From assembly GCA_947383095.1 (NCBI GenBank), contig CANDBZ010000001.1, positions 1,671-65,670 on the forward strand: a DNA stretch of 64,000 bases, read 5' to 3'. This DNA comes from an uncultured Clostridia bacterium. GTDB lineage: Bacteria; Bacillota; Clostridia; Christensenellales; CAG-917. Within the stretch, counting starts at the first letter, position 1. The number at the start of each line of letters is the position of its first letter. The position numbers were made by a program, and so were the translations under genes. Positions 42,701-54,700 of this stretch are shown here, piece by piece. The notes beneath the pieces are model-generated. The model was given only the letters and a program-made list of their open reading frames with translations. It did no database searches and was not told the DNA's origin.

Positions 42701-45700
42701 GTCGTCTTTCTCTTGTACGCTTCATATTCTTCCACCTTGACGAACGCGGGATTGTCGATACCGTCGTCCGTGATGTCCTTGCGCACGTACGCGCCATTAA
42801 TGTTGTAAACAGGCACCATAGAAGTCGCCATATAGTTGAGATCGCTCCTGCCAGACGCAAAGACTTTGTTGAGAGACGACCAATCGAAGTATGCGACGAA
42901 CTCGGTCTTTTCAACGCCCTCGTCCGCGCGCGTCTTAACGGTAAGCGCCTCCGGCAAATAGCTCGGATCGGAATGCAGGAATGTGTCGAGCACAAGCGAA
43001 CGGTAGCCGTAATCGGCGACATAGTAGATCGTCCTGTCGACAATGTAAACGGTGACCTCGGTATGCTCTTCCATGACGTTCGCGCCGCCGGGATAGGTGA
43101 ACGTGACGTTTATAGTATAGCTATAGCCGAAGTACTTGGAGATATTGGCGTAGAAGTCATCGTCGTTTGCAAGCGCTTTATCGACTTGCGCGAGCGAATA
43201 AGTCGCCTTGACGTCCGTGACGTAGTCGTTGCCGTCGCTGCCGACAACGTTTACGCTTGCCGCCGCGCCGGAAGCGAACAGCGTGCTTTCGACTCCGTAC
43301 GGGTCGAGCAGATACGCGCTTCCGTTTGCCAGACCGCTTATCTTCGCGCCGTCCACCTTGACGTTGACTTCAACCGTGCTGACAAGATGCTCGCTCGTTA
43401 CGGTGAGCGTCATGACTCCGTCAAAGCCCGCGTTGGTATACGTATCGCTCCAGGCGAGCGCCACGTCTATGCTCTTGCCGCCGACACGGAGCACGCTGTT
43501 TCTCGGCAGACCCTTGTAGAAGTTGTTCGCCGTGAGGTGCATGCTCAAGCCGTCTTTCGCGTTACCGTCAAAGCCCTCGAGCGTATAATCGTTTGTTATC
43601 TCGAACGCCTGCGTGCGTTTGATGCTTACTATCGCGCCGTTAGCGCTCACCAAAACGGTGTACGTTCTTTCAAATCTGCCCGCGGCGATTTCCTCTGCCG
43701 TCGGCATATCCTTGCTTTCCCAACGCACGGGCACGTCGATCGCGCTGTCGCCGTTTGCATATTCCACCGTAGCGGTCGATGCGAACGTAAATTCGTCAAA
43801 CGCGTCGTAAACCGTCTGCCCGCCGTTGTTGAGCGTGATGTTGACCACCTCGTCGTCGGCGTTCACAAGATAAATTCTCGCCTTAAACGTACCGTCCACG
43901 GGATAGCGAAGCGTTGTGCCGTCGAAGAAGCTGTATTCTCTTTCGACATACTTGTTGCCGTCCTCGTCGGTCATGATCTCTTGAGAGGCGGGAGAATTGT
44001 AATCCGTCCAGGTCATGCTCGCTCTCACGGGATCTTTGCCCTCTTTTGTTGTAAACGTCCCGAAGTCGGGCAGTATCCACGCCTTGTGCACGTCGTAATC
44101 GAACGTGAGTATATTGTCGCCGTAGCCGCCGACGCTGCCTTGCATGTCGGTGAGCGTGGTGTTTTCAAATACGCCGTCGCCCGCAAAGCTGTAATCGGGG
44201 ATATTGACCTCGACACGGATATTGCTGTTGCCTATGATGCCGTGCAGATACACGGAGTTGACGCCGAAGATATTCGCGTTTGCAAGCTCGACCGCGGGGT
44301 CGGTATCCCAGGATTGAATGTATGCGATATAGGAGTCTCCTCTCTCGCCGGGGGTGAGCTTGACGTATGTTCCCGTCGCGCCGACAAGCTTATAATCGCC
44401 GCTCGCGTCGTTGGGCGTAGCCTGTTGCATATAGCGGTCGCCCGTGAAGCTCGAAAGCTCGTTTTGCGGTATTGCGACGTATTCGCCGTTTTCGTCGAGC
44501 TTAAATTTGCCGTCGTCGCTCTTGACGTACTCCACGTCGAAGCGTCTGCCAATAAACGTGCCTCTTGCGAGGTTGACGAGCACCGCGGTGCCGCGGAACG
44601 GATCGTTCCAATATGCCTCGCCCTCGTTGCCTGTGCCGAAGTACGCGTCTCTCGAGGCGGCAAAGCTTATCGGGTCAATGCCGTACGCCACTGCCGTCGC
44701 GCCTTCGCCGACGATGTGGGTCTGACCGTATACCGTGCCGGTGTAATAGGACGGGTCAAAAATCTTGCCGCTTGCGATAAGCGCCTTCTTCTCGTCCTCC
44801 GTCATAGAGTAGATATCCTTACCGGCCTCCGCGTCGTAGAAGAAGTTGACGGACACGATCTCCTGTCTTTCGACGGTGAGCTTGAGCGCTATCGTCTGCA
44901 TGACGTATTTCGCGTTGCCGAATTCATCCACTCCGTCGGGCACAAGTCCGATCTTATTGCCGTCCTTGCCGCCGTCGGTGACGTAAGCCTCGACCTTGGC
45001 GTAGATAGTGCCGCCGCCGTAGATATTGTCAATGCGCGCGCTTTCCTCCATACCTTGGTTGGAATAGTATCTTACGGTCGACCAATCGGGATACATTGCG
45101 TGAGTGATACCGCCGTTGTTGAACTTGATATTAAGGCTCTCGTACGCCTCGCCCTCGAACCAGACGGGATTGAATGTATCCTCGTGCGCGACCGTGAGGT
45201 CGTATTGATCGGCTTTGAGCGACGTTACGTTGATGCGCACGTACTGCTGCTGATAGCCGCTGAATTGAGTGCCTATCGTGATGCGCGCATACAGCGGATA
45301 CAGCACGTTGGAGTAACCGTTGTAGTTTATCGCGTTCTTTGAAACGGGATACGCGGTATTGTCGTACGCGCCCGCATAGTCGCCGTTGACGTAGATGAAC
45401 GGAGCCTCGACCTTAAGCATATCGCTGCCGACAGTGAGAGTCCTTTGCTCGGTCTTGCCGCTGACGGCGGCGACGTTTATCACGATATCCGTTCCGTTTG
45501 AAACGAGCGTATCGCTGTTGAGCTCAACCGCCGAATACGGGTCGAAGCTGAACTCCGTCGCCATGGACTCGAACTTATAAGAGGACACCACGATCGTGAC
45601 GGGCACCGCTTGCGCGACGTAGCCCGCGTCGGCATGCAAGCTGTCGGTATCGCCGACGAAGCCGTATTTGCTCTTCTGATCGTCGCCTATCTTTATTTCC

Positions 45701-48700
45701 GTCGACTTTTTGCTGTCTGCGGTGATTACCTTAAACGTGTCGCCGCCGACATAAGCGGTCACTGTAGCCTTGATACCCTCGAAGTAGTTTATCGTCTTCT
45801 TGCCGTCCTTGACGGTCGTGAGCTCGTCTATCTTCTTTTGCAGCTCCGTAAGATCCCACTTGACCTGATAGCCGCTGAATGCGGAGCCGTTGCCCGCCCA
45901 TGTGCCGTTCAAGGTGTTGAAGCCGTTGAGGTAGGAGGTCAGATCGAAGGACGCGCTTGTGAGATCGAGAGGATTGATCGTGAGACGGGACTCGTAAGAA
46001 CCGTCCTTATTGCGCGTCGAGGTGAGATCGAGCGTGGTGCTTCCCTTTCTGATAGCCGTAACCGTGCCGATCTTATAATCCGCGACGTTGACGTTCAAAG
46101 TGCCCTTCGCCTCTGCGGACAAGCCCCATTGATAGCTGAAGCCTACCTTGAGGGTCTTGCCGCTCCAATCGTAGGAGCATGCCTCGACGTCCCAATTTAT
46201 CACGCCGATGGGGAAGTTGGCCTTGCTTGCCGTCGAAGTCACGCTCGGCATGAGGTAGCGGTCAATCACATAATAGTTCTTATTTGTCTTCCTGTCGTTG
46301 AAGATGACATAGCCCTCGCTGTCCACGGAATAGTCGCCCGTGAAGGGATTGGTGTAGTTTTCCGCCTTCATCAAGCCCACGTTGTACGCCGGGAAGAGCA
46401 TATACGTGCCGCCGTCGTCGTTGAGGACGTTCACGGTTTGCAGCTTATAGCGATTGCCTGCCTGCGCTGCCAACTGCTCTGCCGAAAGACCTGAAATAGA
46501 CCTATACGCAGGATTGACCGTCGACGTAGACGAGGCATAATAGTCGCCCTCTCCGTCCTTGACGTATTCCTGCTTGGTGCCCAACTGCGTGAGATTGAGG
46601 TTGGTAAGCACTCTCTTGTTGCCGGAAACCGTGCTTGTGTTTTGCATAAACACCGCATATTGCAGCTTGCCTTCCTCGTCATGCTTTGCCGTGCCGAATA
46701 CGCGCTTTGTGCTGTCGCCGTTGAACTTCATCTGCACAAGGTCGGGCAGCTGCACGCGATAGGAACCGCTGTTGTTCTTCTCGCGGATGTCTATGCCGAT
46801 AGTCTTCGCGGTATAGCTTGATGTGCCGTTGCCCGTGCCCGTTCTGTCGAACGCCTTGACGTCGAGCACGCCGTTTTCGTCCCTGTTGATTGCGTAAGTG
46901 TCGGACAGATATACCGGTATCGCATATACCACGGAGTTGAGCGCATAGCCGTACACGTATCCCGCAAGCCTGTCCTTATTGAGCGCTGCTGCCGTGAGGT
47001 CCACGGAGGACGCGTCCCAGATGATATACGTGCCGGGCGCGACGTTGTAGTCAGTCGCGGCGTAGCTGACGTTGCCGTTGCCGAACCTGACGTTTGCCAT
47101 CTGCGGGAAGTACGTCGGATCCGTGAAGTATTTGTCGGTGAGATATATTGTCGAGCCGTCCTTCGCGCCGCCCTGCATCGTGCCCCTACGGGTCGCGGGG
47201 TCGGTGATGTTGATACGCGTCGGAGGCGCTACGCTGTCTGCCAGCGCGGTCGCCGTATCGGAATCGTCAAAGGTGAGCAACGGTGATTTTTCCGAGGTGC
47301 TGACAGTGCTGTACGGCGTAATGCGCAGCATGAAGAAATCCCATGCGGACGACGTCAAATCATTGTTTGCAACCGTTTCAAGCGTGTTGCGCGTGCCTGT
47401 GGGCTTGTACCCGAGCTTCTCGGTGCCTATCTTGCCGGGGCCCGCATTATACGTCATCGACGTGCCGTCGCCGTTCTTCCTGCCGTTGACCATCAGCTCT
47501 ATCGCCTGTATGCCGGGATTCATCGTGTAGGTCGAATCCAAGCCGTAGTTGCTCGGCGACGGGTTGAGGTCGATGTAGATATTGAGCGTCGGGTCGATTG
47601 TACCGCTTGAGAATGGCAGCGGCAATATGCTGCCGATCAGCTTGGACAGGTTCTGGACCGTATCGCCCGCTATTGACAATAATAAATCCACAGTACTACC
47701 TGGGACGGGCAAAAGCCCGCTCTTCAGAAGACCGACGACCAACGTATAAGGAATGCTGCGCATATAAGGCTCTATCATGCACGCCTTGTCCCACGTCGAC
47801 GCGCCGTCCTTGCGCATTGTCTCCAAAGAACTCGTGATAGAAGCATAATTTGGCGCGACGGTCAATGATTTGGAAGTGCCCGTAGAGGTCGTGTATTTGA
47901 CCGTGCGATTGCCCATCGTCACGGTATTGTCGCCCTCTGTCGGCTTTGCATATGTGGCTTTGGGATTGTTCTCCATATCCACAAAATAATTGTCCTTAAT
48001 TCCCAAAGAATCGAGCAAGCCGAGCACAATGCAGTCCACCATGAGAATAAGCTCGTTGTATGCGTCGGGGTCAAGCGTTATCTTTGCGGAAATGAGTCCC
48101 GCGCCCGTACGGCCGCTCATGCTGGAGGAGGTCATGCCCGCGTAATAGGGCTGATAGCCTGATTTGGTAAACAGGTTGAGCTCCACCTTCTTGATAAGTC
48201 CTTCAAGGTTCGCGCTGTACGAATATGAAGAGCTTGTATCCGTTTCGGTTGTCGGAGCCTTATGGTTGTAATCGTACTTGTCGCCGTAAGTGTACTCATT
48301 GTTGTCGCCGTCCGTGGGACCCGCAAGCTTAAGCGGGAACGTGCCCTTTATGAAATCGTTCAGATCGTCGAAGTCAAGATACTGCTTGATAGCGCCCAAC
48401 TGATCGATATTGTTAAGGAAAGAGCCGCCCACCGAGATATTGCGCAGGAACACCTTGTTGCCGCCGACGACGATCCCGAGGCCCGGAGTCCCGTTGGGGC
48501 TGTTGTAATCGGGTCTTTGCGCGCGCAGATCAAGGAAGAGCTGATATGCCTGTCCTTTCTTATCGGCGGAGTTGGCATAGTCATACGACTTGACAAGCGG
48601 CAGCGTGACCGTCGCGGCTTTGTGCGTGGTCATTGACTTGAGACCAGTGAATACGTTTCTGCTCGCATAAACCGCATTCCACAAATAGCTCTGTATCTCT

Positions 48701-51700
48701 ATATTGAGGTGCGGGTTGATATTGTCCAGCAGGTTTTGCACAAGGGACATCATGCCCGCGGTGTTGGATATGGTCAGTCCCGCGTATCCGCCCGCGTTTA
48801 TCTCGTCCATGACGGTGGTAGCGTCAAAGAAACCCTTGCCTACAGCCAACTCTATGGGATTGATGGATATCGTCATCGACGTGCCCACGTTGTCGAGAAG
48901 CGCGCCTATAGCGATCCTGTCTATGCCTTTTGCGCCGAACTCGAGGCCGAGGTCGATGCTCTGGATATCGGGCAATTCAAACGGAAGATCCACGCCGGCA
49001 AGCAACGTGTTGATAAGGCCCATATTGAACGACGTGCCTATCCTGCCGTTGCTCAAGTTGATCTCGAGGGACAGATCGGTCTGCTCGTTTGCGGATGCGT
49101 CGGCTGCCGCGTCTTTCGCGCCGTCGCCGGACGCCGCGGAAGCCTCTGCGGAGGTGTTTGCCTCCTCATAAGGTCTCGCGCCGAGCAAGCCCGCGATACC
49201 CTGCACCTTGAGCTTGCCGAGTCCGAGTCCGCTCAAGTCGAGATATATCGCGTCGGAATAGATATTGCCGTTCGTGCCCAACTCGTATCTTCCCGTCGTC
49301 CTGTTGTAAACCAACTTGGAGCTGCCGAGATAATACGCCTTGAGAATATCCTTGTTCAAGGGCTCGCCGGCGCTCAACGTGATCGCCAGATCGCTGTGGA
49401 GTATGCCGCCAATGCCGTACAGCATGACCGCGCCCAGATTTACGTTGCCCTGTATGTCAAGATTGAGCACTACGCCGTTGGGATCCGTGCCCTCGCCGAA
49501 GACAAGGCTTATTGGCGACAGCACAAAGTAGTGCGTCGCAAGATCTTCTCTGTCGGTCGGCTTATACTTCTGATCTTTGTCGTCCTTATCGTAGTAGAAC
49601 CACTTGCCCTTGTTTGCCTCGAGCTCCTTCTTCTTGTCATCGCTGTTTGTGGAGAACTTCCGGAAGTTGCCGAATATCTCCGTGCCGTTGAGCAAGGTGC
49701 CCAAAAGCGTATTGGTAATCCAGCCGGACACGCTCTTGTTATACTTCTCGTCTGCGGACGTGAGACCCGCCGAGTTTATCTTCACCTTCATGCCGAGGTG
49801 CAGACCTATCGTGGGCAGGTTGAGCAGATCGAGTATGTTCACGTCCTCGCCGCTTATGAGCGTGCCGATATTGAGGCTGCCGATTTCGGTATAAGCAGTC
49901 TCGTCGCCGCGCTTCGTCTTCATCGTCGCGACGCCGCCTTTCACGTCCTTTGAAACATTGGGCATAGGCAGATCGAGGCACATATACAGCGCGTTGTCAA
50001 ACTTCAGATTGAGGCTTATCGTCGTCTTGTTTTGATTGTCTGTGGAGAAACTGAACAGTATATCGCCGATATCGGGCAATAGATCCTGCGTAGTATCCAT
50101 GCCGCGCACCTGCATTATCTTCTTATAAATGACGTTGACAAGCTCTGTGTTTATCTGCAGCAATATCTTGCGCGGATTGAACATGAGGATAAAGTACTCC
50201 CAATCCTTCTTGAGAGAGTCGAGAGCCGCGATCTCGTTCTTGCCCGCGGTCACGGCTTCCGCCGCAGGTTCGGCCGCGCTGTCGCCGCCCACCTTGTCGA
50301 GCAAGCCGCCGAGCACGTCCTTAAGCAAGCCGTTGAGACCGAGGTTTTTGAGCTTGATCTTCGCCGTGTTGCCCAAAATACCGCTCAAGTCGACGTACAG
50401 ATTGTCCATCATCACGTCCTTGCCCGAGCTGTCCTTATCCATCTCGCGAATGAGATAAATGCCCAGCAACGTCTTTTGCGGATTGCCTTGGAAAGCGTAT
50501 TTGACAAGCTGTATGGACGCGTTGACGCCGTATGTGGCAAAGTCGATCGCCGCCATCAGATCCAGCTTGAGGAACGCGCTGCTGTTGTTGCCCAGCTCGC
50601 CGTCGATATTGAGGAGCAGCTTCGTCTTGAGACTGCCGCCGTCGGAATTGCCGTTGACAAGACCTATGATCAAGTCAAGCACCTTGGACAAATCTATCGA
50701 ATTGCCGTCGTCCTTGCTTCCGCTGCCGTACAGCCACACGTTGACGCTCATCGACAGCATTGCCTTGAGGTCCTTTACCTGCACGTATTCGTCAAACGTC
50801 TTTTCGCCGCCTTCCGTCTTGGAAGTGCCCATCGTTGCGAGCTTGTTGAGAGAGAAGGGCTTGTTGACCGCAACGTACAGGTCGTGCAGACTTGCCGATA
50901 TCTTGAAGTCGCCCAGACGTACGTACGCGCCCGTGCTGCCCTCCGCAGGATCGAAGCTTGGATCTTTAGTATCAAAGTCCGCGGGCATATCGTACGTCGC
51001 GCCCTTCCATGCGGAATACGCATAGACCTTGAGCGCATATTCGTCCGTGGACAAAAGCACGTACGTGTTGGCGTCGATATGGTCGGCGTCATATTCCTCG
51101 CCCTTGTGAACTTCAGGGTCGAATTTCGTGTGCGAGCCGTCCTCGTTCTCAACAAATCTGTCGCCCGTCCAATTCGCGCCCGTAACGCCGTTGTCGAGAT
51201 ACTTGCCGTTTTCGCCGTATTTCTCGTTGTATTCCTTGACGGAGATATAACGTCCGTCCACCTTGCCGTTGTCGCCGGCCTTGAAGCCGAGATTGACGTC
51301 GATCGAAGGCGCGCTGCCGGAGAAGTTTATCGTGATGCCGCTCGTCGTGCTGTCGTCGGAAACGAACATCTTGGGCAGGAAGTCGCGTATGTTCTCGAGC
51401 GCGGAGCTGTCCGAATCCGCAAACATCTCAACCAAAGAAGCAAGCAGATTTTCGTTGAGCCCCAAAATCAGATAATCTCTTGTGAACAGCAAGCGGCCGA
51501 TGAGCACGTCAAGCACGCTCCAGATATTCTCAGGCAGTATGCCGGAGTTTATTTCATCGTCGACTACCGCCGCCGCGCCCGCGTCCGTGCCGTCGCCGAA
51601 GAGCAACGACAGATCCAAGCCGTCTATCATGCCATAGGAGAAGAAATCGCCCAGATTCACGATGTCGCCTATTGCCTTCGTGTCGAGATAGGCATACAGT

Positions 51701-54700
51701 CTGTGAACGTTCTGCTCGTCCTTCTTCACTTCCAGCCACAGCTTCGCTTTGGCGGTCATGGGTTTACCGTCATCCTTCACGTGCAACGTAGAAGTATACT
51801 CGAGCTCCAGATAGATCTGCGCGCCGTCGAGCACGTCGAGCAAGCCGACGTTCTTGTCGCCTGCGATGAGCTTCACTGCGTTTTGCATAGGCAGATACGC
51901 CTTAAGCGCGCCGCCGAGAGATATCTCGCCGTCGTATTCCGCGTCGTTCATGAGCGAAGCGATGAGGAAGTACATATACTCGCTGATATCCGCACCGAGG
52001 AAGCTTGTCAGTTGATACGTGAAGTTTATCAGGTCCTTCGCCTTTATGGAAAGGTCGATGTCGATGCCCAGCTCCACATATTTCAAGCCGCCGAGCATGC
52101 TCGTCATATCCAATTTCGCGCCCGAAAGCAGGTCGTTGAGGTCTATAGACAGAGCCTCCGTATAACGGCTGAAATTGCCGTCCGCCTTAAACGCCTCGAC
52201 TTCCTTGCCGTACTTGTCGGCCTCCGCCCTGTCGGTATAACCGTCGCCGTTGTCGTCTATGGGCAGGAACGCGACGAGCAATTGCAATTCCTCGTTCTTC
52301 GGGTCTTTTATCTCCTCATCTGTCGCTTTCCTGTACTGCAACGTGCCTTCGCTTGTGTCCTTGATGCACACAACGAGCTTGTCCTTGTTCGCGGCGTCGT
52401 TCTTTTCGGCGTCGGTCGCCTTTCTGTATTGCAGCTTGCCCTCGCCGGTATATCCGTCAAGCAGCTGCTTGCTTACGGCGACGTAGTTTGAATTCTTATT
52501 GACCGCAAAGAGCTTGCCCGTGAAGTTTGCAAACGCTTCGCTGTCGCAAATTTCTCTGTACACGGACGAATGCAATCTCGTCTCCACCTGGTTGATAGGC
52601 ACGTGGCGTCCGTTTTCGTTGAGCGCATACAGGATCCCGAGCTTATCCGCGTTCGTATTGTATCTGTCGTCGTGGACGGAGCCGAACGCATATCTGTTTT
52701 CGTCAAGCAGCTTGCTCATCGTCTCGGGTGCCTTTGAATAGCGTTGCGGCGCGCCCTCGAACGGCGCGAACCTGCGTCCGCTGTAGTTTGCGTCCGTTAT
52801 AGCGACGATCATTCCGTCGTCGTTCAGCATAAACTCGCCGTCTTCATCCTCGCGGTATTCCACCTCGTCCGCGTCCTTATAGAGCTTGACGAAGTTGGCG
52901 GACTTAAAATCCTTGCCGTAGCTGCCCTTCTCGTCGTAATAGAAGTTGGCGTGATAGAAGATATCGTTGCGGTCGGTGAGCACCTTATTCATATCCGACT
53001 CCACGCCGAATACTATGGAAGACGAGCCCTCGCCGCCGTTGAGCCCCTGTATCGCAAGGCCTGCGTCTATAATGGGAGTCTCGCCGTCCTCGCTGAACAG
53101 CATCGCGCCCAAAGCGAGACTGTACGGGTTCAAATCCGCCTTGACGTAGATCTTTGCGTTGGGCAGCATTTCGCCGATGTTCTCCATATTGGGCACAACG
53201 TTTTGCAACACCGCGCCGAGGAAGCCCATCGTCATGTTGACCGCTATCGCGTTTGTAAATATGTTGAGATACAGCGTAGTGGCATTGGGGTCTTGCCCGT
53301 TCGCATACTTGTCGCCATCTACGCTCTCGTCTCCGCCTTCGTTATCGCCGTCCGCGGCGGCAGCCGCTTCGACGCTCGCGTTCGCGTCTTTGTTTATCAA
53401 GCCGTTGAGCACGTCTTCAACGGAATATCTGCTCAAATCCACGTAGATTTTCGCGTCCTTGCCGAGCAACCATTGCAAATCGACATAAAGACCCGCTTTG
53501 CCCGTATCTTCGTCGCGGTCGTAATACAACCCTACGATGTGCGTCAGCGAGCCGTCTCCCTGTTGATTCCACGCGTCGATAGCGACGTCGAGGTCGTGCA
53601 CAGTGAGACCGAATTCCGGATAGACCGACAGCTCGAAGGTCAAGTCGATACGGATCGTGAAGTAAACGGTAAGCACGTTGCCTTCCTGCACCTGTATCAT
53701 CGCGCCCATGTTGCCGAGCAAACCGCTCAACACTTCGTTGACGGGCTCTTTCACGCCGTTGTAATTGTCGTCGCCGAGCTTGGAATTCGCCCATACGTAC
53801 AGCTTATTCTCTTTCTTGAGCGCGTCCGCGTCGTCGTTTGCGCCGAGCTGCACGTATTCGCCTTGATATCTCTTGAACAGTATTCCGTCCAAAACATTAG
53901 CAGGCACGTCGTTGCCGCCGTTCTCGGGATGCAGATTATTGTACAGTCCCTTATACGTATCGTACGGGAAGTAGATCTTGCCCGAGCGCACGTAGAAGTT
54001 GCCGTTGAGCGTAAACGACAGATAATATAGCTCGTTTATAGATACATAATCCTCATAAGGATAATTCGGATATTTCGTCTTGTCGCCGAAGTTCGGCTTC
54101 ACGATATCGCTCTGTTGTATGATGCGTATGGAATAATCGTCCGGACCGAACTTATCCGCTTCGTCGGGGTCGATGATCATCCACTTACCCGTACCGTTTG
54201 CGACGTTCTTATAGGCGTACCTTCTGTATATGTATTGACGCTGTATCTTCACATACGGACCGTCTTTTTCTATTGCCACATAGTATTCCTTTCCGCCGTT
54301 TGCGATTTCCGCGAGGAAGTCGGGGAATTGATCCGCCGTCGTTGCGGCAGGCACATATCCTCTTTCGCCGTCCAAAATCATAAGCGTCTCGAGGTCGATC
54401 GGATAATACTCGTTAAGATACTCGTAATAACGCGGGCTCTCGAAATATGCCTGCGTAGAGAACGAGCTGTTGCGGTAATAGTCGGATATCCACGACACAA
54501 GGCCGTCGCTCTCCTTATCCTCGCTGGTAAACGAATATTCGTTTATCTGATGATAACGCGCGCTGACGGGGATGCTGGTCACGCCGTAGTCCGCCGCCTC
54601 GCTGCCCTTCACGTATTTAAACTCTACCGCATCGAACACGGGGAAGTTGATATCGAGAGACACCTCGTAATTCCAAAGATACAGATCAAGTGAAATGAAC

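Noticed and set aside
41947-45342. 1,131-aa plus-strand ORF, and similar ones at 50476-52491, 55699-57513, 48709-49953, 52744-54030 and 45610-46494, all antisense to the giant gene
   Set aside because: They lie entirely inside and antisense to a far longer, clearly coding frame. Their translations are R/V/A/H/D-rich low-information strings with no motifs. Such shadow ORFs are expected opposite G/C-ending codon usage.
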